Source: an uncultured Anaerolineaceae bacterium (GTDB lineage: Bacteria; Planctomycetota; Phycisphaerae; FEN-1346; JAACEH01). From it: a DNA stretch of 64,000 nt. Each line of letters starts with the position of its first letter. The stretch's first letter is position 1. The position numbers and the translations under genes were made by a program. A model generated the notes under the pieces. That model saw only the letters and a list, made by a program, of their open reading frames with translations, ran no database searches and was not told where the DNA came from. Below, one piece after another: positions 55,358 through 64,000 of this stretch. Where the stretch lies: NCBI GenBank assembly GCA_964500225.1, contig CAZCOA010000002.1, positions 37,022-101,021 of the forward strand. The letters are read 5' to 3'.

Positions 55358-58300
55358 ATGGCGTCGTTGAAGGCCGGACCGAAAGCTTTGCCGCAGTGGT
55401 TGGCCCGAGAGGCGGCCTTCGGCGACCTGACGGCCACACTGGAGAAATCCGGGGCTGCCACGGCCGAAGGCCTGTGGGGATCCTCTGCGCGCGCTCTGGC
55501 CGCCGCATGCTTCCAGCGGCATAGCTCGCCCGTCGTTCTGTACTGTCTGGCCCACATCAACGACGCCGAGGACGTGCGCGACGAGCTGGCCGCGTTCACA
55601 GGTTGGCCGGTTGAGCTGTTTCCAGCCTGGGAGGCCCTGCCGCGCGAGGCCGACGTCAGCGACGACATCCTGGCCGGGCGGCTGCGTCTGCTCAAGCAGC
55701 TCAAAGCCCTGCGAGCTGCAACCGGCGCCGCCCACGAAGGCCCGCCGCTGGTGGTCGTCGCGCCGATCCAAGCCCTGCTCCAGCCGGTACCCAGCCCGCG
55801 ACACCTCGACGACAACACTCTGCTGCTGCGGGTCGGCGACGAGCGCGACCCGGAGAAGATCCGGGCGTGGCTGGTCGAACGCGGTTTCGAACCGGCCGAC
55901 CTAATCAGTCAGCGCGGTGAGTTCAGCATGCGCGGGGGCATTCTGGACGTTTTCCCGCCGGCGGCCGTCATGCCATACCGCCTTGAGTTCTTCGGCGACT
56001 CGATCGAGAGCATCCGCACCTTCGACGTGGCCACGCAGAAGAGCATCGGCGAGACGCGCGAGGTGGCCATCACATTCCTGCCGCAGGGTGCCGTCAGGCC
56101 CGAAGCCACATGCAACCTGCTCCATTATCTGCCGGAGACCACACTGACCGTCTGGCAGGATCCGCTCGAGGTAGCCGAACTCGGCCGCAGCTTCGTCGCG
56201 CGGCTGGCCTCTCCGGTCGGCATCTATGAGTACGACGGCCTCGTACGACAGCGGGCGGCCTTCCCGAGATTGGACCTGTGGAGCTTCGCCGCCGCGGGCG
56301 ACCAGCACAGCCGGTTCACCTTCCGCGTAGAGTCCGTCCAGCGGTTTAGCGGCAAGGTCGATCGCGTTCGCGACGAGCTGACCCAACTGGCCGGCGAGAA
56401 TCGTATCTGGATCTTCTGCGACAACCAGGGCGAACGTCAGCGGCTGGACGAACTGATCCGCGAAATGCCCGAGCCCGTGCGCGGCCACATTCAGACCTGC
56501 CTTGGCCCGCTGTGCGAAGGGTTCCGCCTGGTCGATGCCGCCATGGTCGCCGTCGGCAACCGCGAGCTTTTCCAGCGGTACCAGGTGCGACGCCCGGTAT
56601 CGCAACGGCCGGAGTCGCGCCCCATCGACTCGTTCCTGGAACTGAAGGTGGACGATTACGTGGTCCACTTGGTCCACGGCATCGGCCGGTACCTGGGCAT
56701 CGAGACCCTGAGGCAGGACGGCAAGACCGAGGACTTTCTGGCGATCGAGTACCGCGACGGGGCAAAAATGTACGTTCCCGCGTCGCACGTCCACCTGGTC
56801 CAGAAGTACGTTGGCGGGTTCAAGGGCAACGTGGTCCTGTCGAAGCTCGGCGGCAAGGCCTGGGCCGAACGCAAGCAGCGTGTGGCCGAGGCCGTCCAGG
56901 ACCTGGCCTTGGAGCTGCTGGAGACCGAGGCCGCCCGGGCCGCCCAGAGCGGATTCCAGTACCCTTGCGACACCCTCTGGATGCGCGAGCTGGAAGCATC
57001 GTTCCCCTATCAGGAGACCGACGACCAGCTCGCCGCCATGGAGGAAATCAAACGCGACATGCAATCGAGCCGCGCCATGGACCGGCTCATCTGCGGCGAT
57101 GTGGGTTACGGCAAGACCGAGTTGGCCGTGCGCGCCGTCTTCAAGGCCGCCGAGGCTGGCAAGCAGGCCGCCGTCCTCGTGCCGACCACCATCCTCGCCG
57201 AACAGCACTACCGCACCTTCAGCGAGCGACTGGCCGACTATCCCGTCACGGTCGCCATGCTCAGCCGCTTCCTCACCAAGGGGCAGCAGAACGACGTGCT
57301 CGACCGCGTCCGCAAAGGGGAAGTGGATATCGTCATCGGCACCCACCGCCTGCTGAGCGAGGACGTGACATTCGCGGACCTGGGGCTGGTCGTCATCGAC
57401 GAGGAGCAACGTTTCGGGGTGGAGCACAAAGAGCGTCTCAAGCGGTTCCGCCGCACGGTGGATGTCCTGACGCTGACGGCTACGCCCATTCCGCGAACGC
57501 TGCATATGAGCCTGCTGGGGATTCGCGACATATCGAGTCTCTCGACGCCGCCGCAAGACCGCCGCGCCATCCGCACCGAGGTCTGCCGCTGGGACGACCA
57601 ACTCATACGCCAGGCCATTCTGCGCGAGCTGAACCGCGATGGGCAGGTGTTCTTCGTCCACAACCGCATCTACAACATCCAGGAGGTGACCGCGCAACTG
57701 GCGGCCCTGGTGCCCGAGGCCCGCATCGTCTGGGCCCACGGCCAGATGCCCGAACACGAGCTGGAGGAGCGGATGCACGATTTCTTCCAGCGCCGCGCCG
57801 ACATCCTCGTCAGCACGACGATCATCGAGAGCGGCCTCGACATTCCCACGGCCAACACCATGTTCATCAACATGGCCGACCTGTTCGGCCTGGCCGAACT
57901 GCACCAGCTCCGCGGCCGCATCGGCCGTTACAAGCATCGCGGCTACTGTTATCTGCTGCTGCCGAGGGATCGCCCCATTCGGCCCGAGGCCGTCAAGCGG
58001 CTCAAGGCCATCGAGGAGTTCAGCGAACTGGGCAGCGGGTTCCAGATCGCCATGCGCGACCTCGAAATTCGCGGCGCGGGCAACATCCTCGGCCCCGAAC
58101 AGAGCGGGCACATTGCCGCCGTGGGGTACGAGCTGTTCTGCCAGTTGCTCGAAGACGCCATCCGCCGCGCCAAGGGGCTGGCCGTCCCGGACCAGTTCGA
58201 GACCATTGTTGAGCTGGGCGTCAGCGCCTACCTGCCCAAGGACTACGCCCCGAGCGACCGCCAGCGGATGACCGTCTATCGCATGATCAGCCGTGCCAAA

Positions 58301-58621
58301 ACCCTCGACCTCCTGAACGAAGTCCGCCAGGACGTGGTGGACCTGCTGGGCAAACTGCCCCCGCCGGCGGAGTTCCTGTTCGACCTCCAGGAAATCCGCA
58401 TTCATGCCGCCCGCTGGCGCGTCAGTCACATCAAGTCTGTCGGCAACGATGTCATCTTCACCATCGAGAACCTCCAGTGCGTCGGCCCGCTCTTTACCGG
58501 CGCCCCCGGCAAGGTCCGCGTCGTCAACGAACGCACCGTTTACCTCCGCCTCCGCCCCGAGTCCATGGACCCCCTGCGTCTGGTCATCATCCTTAAGCAA
58601 CTCCTTGCCAAGCCGTCGTGA
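55358..58621 (+). CDS. mfd: transcription-repair coupling factor
   Basis: Internal ATG 55358. UvrB-homology N-terminus, RNAP-interaction domain, DEAD/DEAH helicase motifs (GDVGYGKTE, DEEQRFG) and TRG motif. Confidence 0.9.
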   Translation: MASLKAGPKALPQWLAREAAFGDLTATLEKSGAATAEGLWGSSARALAAACFQRHSSPVVLYCLAHINDAEDVRDELAAFTGWPVELFPAWEALPREADVSDDILAGRLRLLKQLKALRAATGAAHEGPPLVVVAPIQALLQPVPSPRHLDDNTLLLRVGDERDPEKIRAWLVERGFEPADLISQRGEFSMRGGILDVFPPAAVMPYRLEFFGDSIESIRTFDVATQKSIGETREVAITFLPQGAVRPEATCNLLHYLPETTLTVWQDPLEVAELGRSFVARLASPVGIYEYDGLVRQRAAFPRLDLWSFAAAGDQHSRFTFRVESVQRFSGKVDRVRDELTQLAGENRIWIFCDNQGERQRLDELIREMPEPVRGHIQTCLGPLCEGFRLVDAAMVAVGNRELFQRYQVRRPVSQRPESRPIDSFLELKVDDYVVHLVHGIGRYLGIETLRQDGKTEDFLAIEYRDGAKMYVPASHVHLVQKYVGGFKGNVVLSKLGGKAWAERKQRVAEAVQDLALELLETEAARAAQSGFQYPCDTLWMRELEASFPYQETDDQLAAMEEIKRDMQSSRAMDRLICGDVGYGKTELAVRAVFKAAEAGKQAAVLVPTTILAEQHYRTFSERLADYPVTVAMLSRFLTKGQQNDVLDRVRKGEVDIVIGTHRLLSEDVTFADLGLVVIDEEQRFGVEHKERLKRFRRTVDVLTLTATPIPRTLHMSLLGIRDISSLSTPPQDRRAIRTEVCRWDDQLIRQAILRELNRDGQVFFVHNRIYNIQEVTAQLAALVPEARIVWAHGQMPEHELEERMHDFFQRRADILVSTTIIESGLDIPTANTMFINMADLFGLAELHQLRGRIGRYKHRGYCYLLLPRDRPIRPEAVKRLKAIEEFSELGSGFQIAMRDLEIRGAGNILGPEQSGHIAAVGYELFCQLLEDAIRRAKGLAVPDQFETIVELGVSAYLPKDYAPSDRQRMTVYRMISRAKTLDLLNEVRQDVVDLLGKLPPPAEFLFDLQEIRIHAARWRVSHIKSVGNDVIFTIENLQCVGPLFTGAPGKVRVVNERTVYLRLRPESMDPLRLVIILKQLLAKPS

Positions 58622-58743
58622 GCGACAACCGCCGGTTCCATGGGCAAACGCCGCCGGGCACGTCTTGGCCGGACGATCCCCCTGTCGTCACATCGGCCTG
58701 TCCCGGACGATTCTCGATGCCGCCACGGCCGATGCCCGAAGGC

Positions 58744-58772
58744 TTGCCGCCATGGGAAGGACACGCTATAAT
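58744..58772 (+). promoter_or_regulatory. near-consensus sigma70-type promoter for SurA-like gene
   Basis: TTGCCG(58744-58749)-N17-TATAAT(58767-58772), 38 nt upstream of ATG 58811. Confidence 0.5.
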
Positions 58773-58810
58773 GCCGCCGCTCCTGGGGGAGCACGGAAAT
58801 TGGGGGTCCT

Positions 58811-60133
58811 ATGGAATATCGCACTGACATACTGGCCGCGATTCTCTGCATCGCGCTGGGTCTGACCGTGGCCGGATGCACGGGCGATCCGGTGGCCTCG
58901 GGCGAGGCCGACGGCGCGATCCGTCTGCCGCTGGGCGACGCCGAGCGACCGGTCCTGAGCGACACACGCCCGGGCACGCCGTACACGGCCGAGACCGCCC
59001 AGGACATGGGCATGGCCGACGCCCCGGGCATTCCCCTGGCCCGACCGGCAACCGGCGCCGCCTCGACGGCGACCCCAGACCGTGAGCCGCCGAGGCCTCC
59101 GCAGTACCAGGCCGACTTCAACCGCATTCTGTCCGATGGCGGCACCCCCGACCAGTCCGCCCCGGCCGACGGCGACACCGCCTCGGCCATGGCGGCCCCC
59201 GAGGACGGGCAGCTCTTGCGCATCGTCAACCTCGTCGTTGCCGAAGTCAACGGCGAGGTCATCACACGCGAAGACCTGCTGAGGCCCTTGCGGCCGCAGA
59301 TGGCCCACTGGACCAAGACCATGTCCGAGAAGGAATTCGAGGCCCGCGTGCGAACCGAGGTGATGACGCGGCTGAAGGCCGAGATCAGCCGACGCCTGGC
59401 TTTGCAGGAGGCTCGCAAGCAGTCCACGGAGCGGCATACCGAGCATTTCGACCGCGAGATCGAGAAAGAGCGCAAGCGGCAGATCGCCATGGCCGGCGAC
59501 CAGCTTCGGTGGCAGAAACAGTTGGCGTCGGTGGGGCTGACCGAGGAGCAGTGGAAGAAAGACGAACAGGAACGGATGCTCGTGCAGTACTTCCTGAACG
59601 AGGCTATCGGCCCGAAGATTACGGTGACGCGGCAGGAATTGCTCGACTACTACAACCGGGTGCGCAAGGAACGGTACGAGCCGAAGGCCCAGGCCCGAAT
59701 GCAGTTGATTCGCCTGCGTCGGGCTGATTTTCCGAGCGAAGCGGCGGCAACAGCCCTGGCCGAGAGCCTGGTGCGGCGGGCTCGTGCGGGAGAAGACTTT
59801 GCCGCTCTGGCCCGCGCGCACTCGACCGATGCGCGAGCCCAGGAGGGCGGCACATGGCCCCCGCTCCAAAAAGGCAGCTACCGTGAGGAAGCCGTGGACC
59901 AGGCCTTGTTCAGCGAGCCGGTCGGGTCGGTCTGCGGCCCGATCATCTGCCCGCGGGATATCTACGTGCTGAAGATTCTCGAGCGCACCGAGGCCCGCGT
60001 GATTCCGTTTACCGAGGTGCAAGACGAAGTGGACCGAGCCGTCCGAGACGAAAAGTTCGCCCGGATGGTGGAGGAATACATCCGAGGGTTGTACCAGAAA
60101 TCGTACGTCAGGATCCACGAGGGCAACCTGTAG
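58811..60133 (+). CDS. SurA/PrsA-like parvulin-type peptidyl-prolyl isomerase lipoprotein
   Basis: Lipobox LTVAGC, low-complexity linker, SurA-N-like helical domain, then a parvulin PPIase domain (...FAALARAHSTDARAQEGGTWPPLQKG...). Confidence 0.55.
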   Translation: MEYRTDILAAILCIALGLTVAGCTGDPVASGEADGAIRLPLGDAERPVLSDTRPGTPYTAETAQDMGMADAPGIPLARPATGAASTATPDREPPRPPQYQADFNRILSDGGTPDQSAPADGDTASAMAAPEDGQLLRIVNLVVAEVNGEVITREDLLRPLRPQMAHWTKTMSEKEFEARVRTEVMTRLKAEISRRLALQEARKQSTERHTEHFDREIEKERKRQIAMAGDQLRWQKQLASVGLTEEQWKKDEQERMLVQYFLNEAIGPKITVTRQELLDYYNRVRKERYEPKAQARMQLIRLRRADFPSEAAATALAESLVRRARAGEDFAALARAHSTDARAQEGGTWPPLQKGSYREEAVDQALFSEPVGSVCGPIICPRDIYVLKILERTEARVIPFTEVQDEVDRAVRDEKFARMVEEYIRGLYQKSYVRIHEGNL

Positions 60134-60172
60134 GCCGCCCGCGGGCGGATGCAGCGACGCCGGGAGAAAACC

Positions 60173-60487
60173 ATGCCGAAAGTCCGATTCGAGCCCAGCG
60201 GCATCGAAGTCGAGGTTCCCGCCGGAACGCGACTGATGGCCGCCGCCGACCAGGCTGCACGCCAGACCGACGCCGAGTTCTTCAAGGGCGAGTGTTGCGA
60301 AGGCCGACTCGAGTGCGGCAACTGCTGCCTGGAGATCCTCAAGGGCATGGAGAACCTGTCGCCGGCCGGCGACGACGAGTTGGCGCTGCTGGCCATCGTC
60401 GCTCCCAAATCCAACGCCAAGGCCTGGCGCGCCAGTTGTGTCGCCGAGATCCGCGGCGACGTCGTCGCCCGGGTGCCGGAACGATAA
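60173..60487 (+). CDS. 2Fe-2S ferredoxin-type protein
   Basis: MPKVRFEPSGIEVEVPAGTRLMAAAD... opening, Cys cluster ECCEGRLECGNCC and C-terminal RASCVAEIRGDVV typical of plant/adrenodoxin-type ferredoxins. Confidence 0.6.
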   Translation: MPKVRFEPSGIEVEVPAGTRLMAAADQAARQTDAEFFKGECCEGRLECGNCCLEILKGMENLSPAGDDELALLAIVAPKSNAKAWRASCVAEIRGDVVARVPER

Positions 60488-60536
60488 CCACAACGCACGA
60501 CACGCCTGTTCCGTCCTGCTCCAGTGGACCATTCAT

Positions 60537-60556
60537 GGCCGCGCGGAAGCGCGGCC
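60537..60556 (+). terminator. GC-rich hairpin downstream of ferredoxin gene
   Basis: Perfect 8-bp stem GGCCGCGC-GGAA-GCGCGGCC. No U-tract. Confidence 0.25.
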
Positions 60557-60698
60557 ATGCCACCCGATCCTTTCCACCCGCTGCACTTCATGGTCACGCG
60601 GTGTGTCGTCCGTCGGCGGCCCCTGCCCTGCGGCTTGATCACGAACGCTATCCGGCGTATCCTCTTGCGAAGAGCCATCGCGCCGAAAGGAAGCCCAG

Positions 60699-61496
60699 AT
60701 GCAGGTGGATCACACGCACCGACGCCTCGGTCGCACGGATCGGGTCGGTTTCGTCGTCGGCCTGGGCGGCATCACCCTGATGCCGATGGAACAGGACGCG
60801 GCCGTGCGGCTGGCACACGAGGCCATTGACGCCGGCGTGACCCATTTCGACGTGGCCCCCACCTATGGCGACGCCCAGGCCAAGATAGGCTTCGTCCTGC
60901 GCGACCGGCGCGACGAGGTCTTCCTGTCGTGCAAAACCACCGCCCGCGACGCCGCCACGGCCCGCGCTGAATTGAACGAAAGCCTCCGACTCCTTCAGAC
61001 GGACCACATCGACCTGTATCAGTTCCACGCACTCGACACCGACGAGGATCTCGCCGCCGTGACCGCCCCCGGCGGCGCGCTGGAGGTGTTCCTCGAAGCC
61101 CGCCGAGCCGGCATCGTCCGCTACCTCGGCGTCACGGGCCATTATCCGAGGATGCACCTGAAAACCATCGAGCGGATCGAATTGGATACGGTGATGGCGC
61201 CCCTGAATTTCCGGGCGCTGGACACGATGACCGGCCCCCGGGGCCTTATCGCGGCCGCCCGCGCCCGAGGCATGGGCATCATCGCGATCAAAGCCACCAC
61301 GCGCGGCGAGATTAAGCCCACCGAGGACGCCTACCGCTTCGTCCTGTCGCAGGATATCGACGTCACGATGCCCGCCGGCAAGGAGTTCCGCGAGGCCGTC
61401 GCGATCGCCCAACGCTTCCGCCCGATGACCACCGCCGAACAAGAGCAATTCCTCGCCCACTGCCGCAGCAACTATGAACCGGCCAGACGGTTCTAA
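60699..61496 (+). CDS. aldo/keto reductase family oxidoreductase
   Basis: ...HFDVAPTYGDAQAKIG... (catalytic Tyr), ...IDLYQFHA..., ...GVTGHYP... blocks of the AKR fold. Confidence 0.8.
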   Translation: MQVDHTHRRLGRTDRVGFVVGLGGITLMPMEQDAAVRLAHEAIDAGVTHFDVAPTYGDAQAKIGFVLRDRRDEVFLSCKTTARDAATARAELNESLRLLQTDHIDLYQFHALDTDEDLAAVTAPGGALEVFLEARRAGIVRYLGVTGHYPRMHLKTIERIELDTVMAPLNFRALDTMTGPRGLIAAARARGMGIIAIKATTRGEIKPTEDAYRFVLSQDIDVTMPAGKEFREAVAIAQRFRPMTTAEQEQFLAHCRSNYEPARRF

Positions 61497-61698
61497 ATTT
61501 CACTTCTTGCGGGCAAGTTGGCAGCTAGGTCGCAACGCCCCCCTTGCGGACGTAGAGGGAACACTTCCTTCGGTAGCCGCGACAATTCTACCACCAAGTT
61601 ACGCTTGCCTTGCTCGGCTGCGGCAGGCTATGATGCCCGCCGGGTTGCACTGAACGGAAGTGCTCCAAGGAAGTTCTCGCGCAAAGAACGGATCGGCC

Positions 61699-62670
61699 AT
61701 GACTCAGGCGTCACCATGGCAACTTGAGATTCTCGGGCTTCACTCGGCACGCGGCGACTACTGCTGGCTCGATCTGGCCGCGCCGCCCGAGTGGCGGAGT
61801 CGCCCGGGGCAGTTCGTCAACATCCGCTGCGACGATGCGGCCGATGCGGCCGTGGCAGGGCAAGAGGTTCCCTGGCCGGGCGACGGGTTGCCCAAGGCGC
61901 CGCACGGCAGGCACCTGCACGGCCCGGCGCCTCTGGTGCGGCGGCCCATCAGCATCAGCCGTCTGATCGACGACGGCGACAGCCGGCGGCGACTCGTACT
62001 GCTGGTCCGCGTGGTCGGCCCTGGATCGCAACTGCTCAGCAACAAGAAAATCGGTGACCGGCTGGACGTGATCGGCCCACTCGGCAACGGGTTCGATCTG
62101 GGCGGCTTCGCCCGCCGGGCGGTGCTCGTGGGCGGCGGGTGCGGCATCGCGCCGCTAGTAGGTCTGGCCGAGGCCCTGGCGGCCTCGGGCCGCAGGGTCA
62201 CCGTCTTTTACGGCGAACGGTCGGCGGACCGGGTGCCGTTGCCGCTGCCGCCGTCGGCCCGACCGACGGGCAACCGCGCGGTTGCCATCCAAGGCGTTCC
62301 GCAGTTGCCGGGAGCAGACCTGATCCTGGCAACCGAGGACGGGTCGCTGGGGTTCAAGGGTCGGGTCACCGATGCCATGACGGCCTGGGGCGCCGCCAAC
62401 GGATGGGACGACGTGGAGTTGTTCGCGTGCGGTCCCGACGTAATGATGGCGGCCGTGGCGGCGCTGGCCCGCGCGAACGGTATCGAGAGGTGTCAGGTGA
62501 GCCTGGAGAATTATATGGGGTGCGCGATCGGCGTCTGTCTGAGCTGCGCCGTGAAGATTCGCGCCGACAACGCCCAGGGCTGGACCTACAAGCTCGTCTG
62601 CCGCGACGGGCCGGTCTTCGAGGCCGCCGACGTGATCTTCGAGAACAAGTGGGAGGGCTGCAAGAAGTGA
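61699..62670 (+). CDS. pyrK: dihydroorotate dehydrogenase electron-transfer subunit
   Basis: FAD/NAD ferredoxin-reductase fold (GQFVNIR...RRPISIS, GGGCGIAPL). C-terminal 2Fe-2S Cys cluster (MGCAIGVCLSCAV...VCRDGPVF). Contains an insertion of roughly 30 aa between FVNIRC and LVRRPISI. Confidence 0.8.
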   Translation: MTQASPWQLEILGLHSARGDYCWLDLAAPPEWRSRPGQFVNIRCDDAADAAVAGQEVPWPGDGLPKAPHGRHLHGPAPLVRRPISISRLIDDGDSRRRLVLLVRVVGPGSQLLSNKKIGDRLDVIGPLGNGFDLGGFARRAVLVGGGCGIAPLVGLAEALAASGRRVTVFYGERSADRVPLPLPPSARPTGNRAVAIQGVPQLPGADLILATEDGSLGFKGRVTDAMTAWGAANGWDDVELFACGPDVMMAAVAALARANGIERCQVSLENYMGCAIGVCLSCAVKIRADNAQGWTYKLVCRDGPVFEAADVIFENKWEGCKK

Positions 62671-63599
62671 GCGCCGCCGTGAACGTCACCCTTGGCCGCA
62701 TCGCGATGCGGAATCCCGTCATGACCGCCAGCGGCACCTCGGGCTACGGCCAGGAGTTGGCCGAGTTCTTCGAGTTGAAGGCGCTGGGAGCGTTTGTGAC
62801 CAAGGCCATCACGCGGGCCGAGCGTCTGGGCAACCAGACGCCGCGTCTGGTGGAGACGCGGGCCGGCATGGTCAACGCGATCGGCCTGGCCAACGTCGGG
62901 CTCGACGCGTTTCTGAAGGATAAGCTGCCCTGGCTTCGCGAGCAAGACGTGCCGGTGATCGTGAATGTGGCGGGCAGTACGATCGATGAGTATGTGGCGG
63001 TGGCGTCGGCACTGGACGCGGCCGAAGGCGTGGACGGCCTGGAGCTGAACATCAGTTGCCCGAACGTGAAGGCGGGCGGGCTGGAGTTCGGCCGCAGCGA
63101 CAAGGCCGTCCGCGAGGTGGTCGGTGCGGTGCGCCGGGCGGTGAAGCGCGCTATGCTCATCGTGAAGCTCACGCCGAACGTCACGGACATCACGGCCATG
63201 GCCCGTGCGGCCATCGAGGCCGGGGCCGAAGCGCTGACCCTCATCAACACGCTGTCGGGGCTGGTCATCAACGCCCGCACGCGACGTCCGGCCCTGGCGA
63301 ACGTCTTTGGCGGCCTGAGCGGCCCGGCCATCAAGCCGGTGGCACTGAAGATGGTGTACGACGTGTATCGCACAGTGGCCCGCGACGCAGGCGTGCCGAT
63401 CATCGGCGTCGGCGGCATCCAGACCGGCACGGACGCCGTGGAGTTTCTGCTGGCCGGGGCCACGGCCGTGCAGGTCGGCACGGCCACGTTCGTGGACCCG
63501 CGTGCGGCCGTGGACGTAGCCGCGGGCATCGCATCCTATCTTGACGAGAACGGGGTCCGGAACGTCTCGGAGTTGATCGGCAGCCTGCGCGTCGATTGA
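62667..63599 (+). CDS. pyrD: dihydroorotate dehydrogenase catalytic subunit (class 1B)
   Basis: GTG start overlapping the pyrK stop (GTGA). RNPVMTASGTSGYGQELAEFFEL and NISCPN, GGLSG motifs. Confidence 0.85.
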   Translation: MSAAVNVTLGRIAMRNPVMTASGTSGYGQELAEFFELKALGAFVTKAITRAERLGNQTPRLVETRAGMVNAIGLANVGLDAFLKDKLPWLREQDVPVIVNVAGSTIDEYVAVASALDAAEGVDGLELNISCPNVKAGGLEFGRSDKAVREVVGAVRRAVKRAMLIVKLTPNVTDITAMARAAIEAGAEALTLINTLSGLVINARTRRPALANVFGGLSGPAIKPVALKMVYDVYRTVARDAGVPIIGVGGIQTGTDAVEFLLAGATAVQVGTATFVDPRAAVDVAAGIASYLDENGVRNVSELIGSLRVD

Positions 63600-63650
63600 G
63601 CCGTCGGGGATACCGGCATCGGTTGCGCGGTAACGTCCTTGCGTGGGCCG

Positions 63651-63680
63651 TATTACTTCGATATACTTCGTAATACTTAC
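63651..63680 (+). repeat. AT-rich triple direct repeat upstream of porin gene
   Basis: TATTACTTCGA / TATACTTCG / TAATACTTAC: three tandem copies of a (T)ATACTT core, 30-60 nt upstream of ATG 63713, in GC-rich surroundings. Confidence 0.45.
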
Positions 63681-63712
63681 TCGCACCGGCGAGAGAAAGG
63701 AGAGGCAAAGTG

Positions 63713-64000
63713 ATGACAAGCAGATCACGCTGGGAATCGGTTCTTGTCGCAGCAGTGGCAGCACTGGCATTGGGTGCCGGCACCGCCCGGGCCCAGGAAG
63801 CGGCCGAACCGGTTGCTTCATCGGCGACGCTGAGTCTCTGGGAGCGGGAGACTTTGACTAATCACTGGTTCGGCCTCGGCGACAAGCTCCAGGAAAGCGG
63901 AGTAGAAGTCGATCTTGGCCTGACGCAGGTGTATCAGTTCAATACGCGCGGGGGTCTGGCCACATCGCGGCACAGTGGGCGCTACGCCGGCAGCTACGAT
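63713..64000 (+). CDS. carbohydrate-selective porin OprB-like protein, 3' end cut by window edge
   Basis: ATG 63713 preceded by AAAGGAGAGG. Signal peptide MTSRSRWESVLVAAVAALALGAGTARAQEA, then LWERETLTNHWFGLGDKLQESGVEVDLGLTQVYQFNTRGG, reminiscent of the OprB family N-terminus. Confidence 0.45.
   Translation, partial: MTSRSRWESVLVAAVAALALGAGTARAQEAAEPVASSATLSLWERETLTNHWFGLGDKLQESGVEVDLGLTQVYQFNTRGGLATSRHSGRYAGSYD

Noticed and set aside
1-64000. Mobile elements, prophage, CRISPR arrays, restriction-modification or toxin-antitoxin defence islands
   Set aside because: No transposase, integrase, recombinase, Cas, methyltransferase or toxin-like ORFs. No arrays of regularly spaced direct repeats. 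No inverted terminal repeats flanking any block. Composition is uniformly high-GC apart from short promoter-associated AT patches.
1-64000. tRNA and rRNA genes
   Set aside because: No cloverleaf candidates with a T-loop GTTCRANYC flanked by complementary acceptor arms were found in intergenic regions. No 16S/23S/5S signature stretches.

Overview
High-GC (~65-68%) bacterial chromosomal segment. The gene content looks Planctomycetota-like: three prepilin-type N-terminal methylation-domain proteins, a large TPR protein, a dockerin-tailed secreted protein and many lipoproteins. I can support about 57 protein-coding genes. I found no rRNA, tRNA, CRISPR array, transposase, integrase or other mobile-element signature.

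The content is mostly core metabolism and information processing:
- Start of window (+ strand): a 5'-truncated bifunctional class II aldolase/SDR, then YbjQ, a Zn-ADH, YihY/BrkB, an Mth938-like protein, a PHB-depolymerase-type esterase with a PKD domain, and a GspI/J/K-like minor pseudopilin triad.
- nadA, divergent from a cyclophilin-like fold protein and a rhomboid protease interrupted by an in-frame TGA.
- A 12-kb co-directional string (+ strand): nusA, infB, DUF503, rbfA, an EndoIII-like protein, hisG, a TPR protein, yebC and a radical SAM/SPASM protein.
- A minus-strand operon: gcvT, gcvH, gcvPA, gcvPB, a lipoate-protein ligase-like gene and an M20D amidohydrolase.
- A dockerin-bearing LamG/TIM-barrel protein, a CPA2 antiporter with RCK domains, a HlyD-like adaptor, a frameshifted AsmA-like gene, hemC and serS.
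- A translationally coupled cassette of two paralogous lipase-like lipoproteins plus two small membrane proteins, then a URO-D-like gene, a cold-shock protein, a PP2C phosphatase remnant and a nitrilase-superfamily hydrolase.
- A second minus-strand operon: DUF2064, a CheY-like receiver, M20, a tandem M16 peptidase, an FTCD-like cyclodeaminase, two small Cys proteins and a lipoprotein.
- End of window (+ strand): mfd, a SurA-like PPIase, a 2Fe-2S ferredoxin, an aldo/keto reductase, pyrK, pyrD and the start of an OprB-like porin.

Several near-consensus sigma70 promoters (TTGxxx-N17-TATA(A/C)T) and intrinsic terminators are readable directly.

The things most worth a second look are:
- the four-gene lipoprotein-hydrolase/membrane-protein cassette;
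- an orphan radical SAM/SPASM enzyme at the end of the nusA-to-yebC gene string;
- a ~460-nt promoter-to-terminator non-coding leader upstream of nusA;
- a perfect CRP-consensus palindrome in the gcvT 5'UTR instead of a glycine riboswitch;
- two disrupted genes (rhomboid TGA, AsmA -1 frameshift) and a PP2C remnant.

All protein-family calls are from motif recognition by eye. None were verified by database search.
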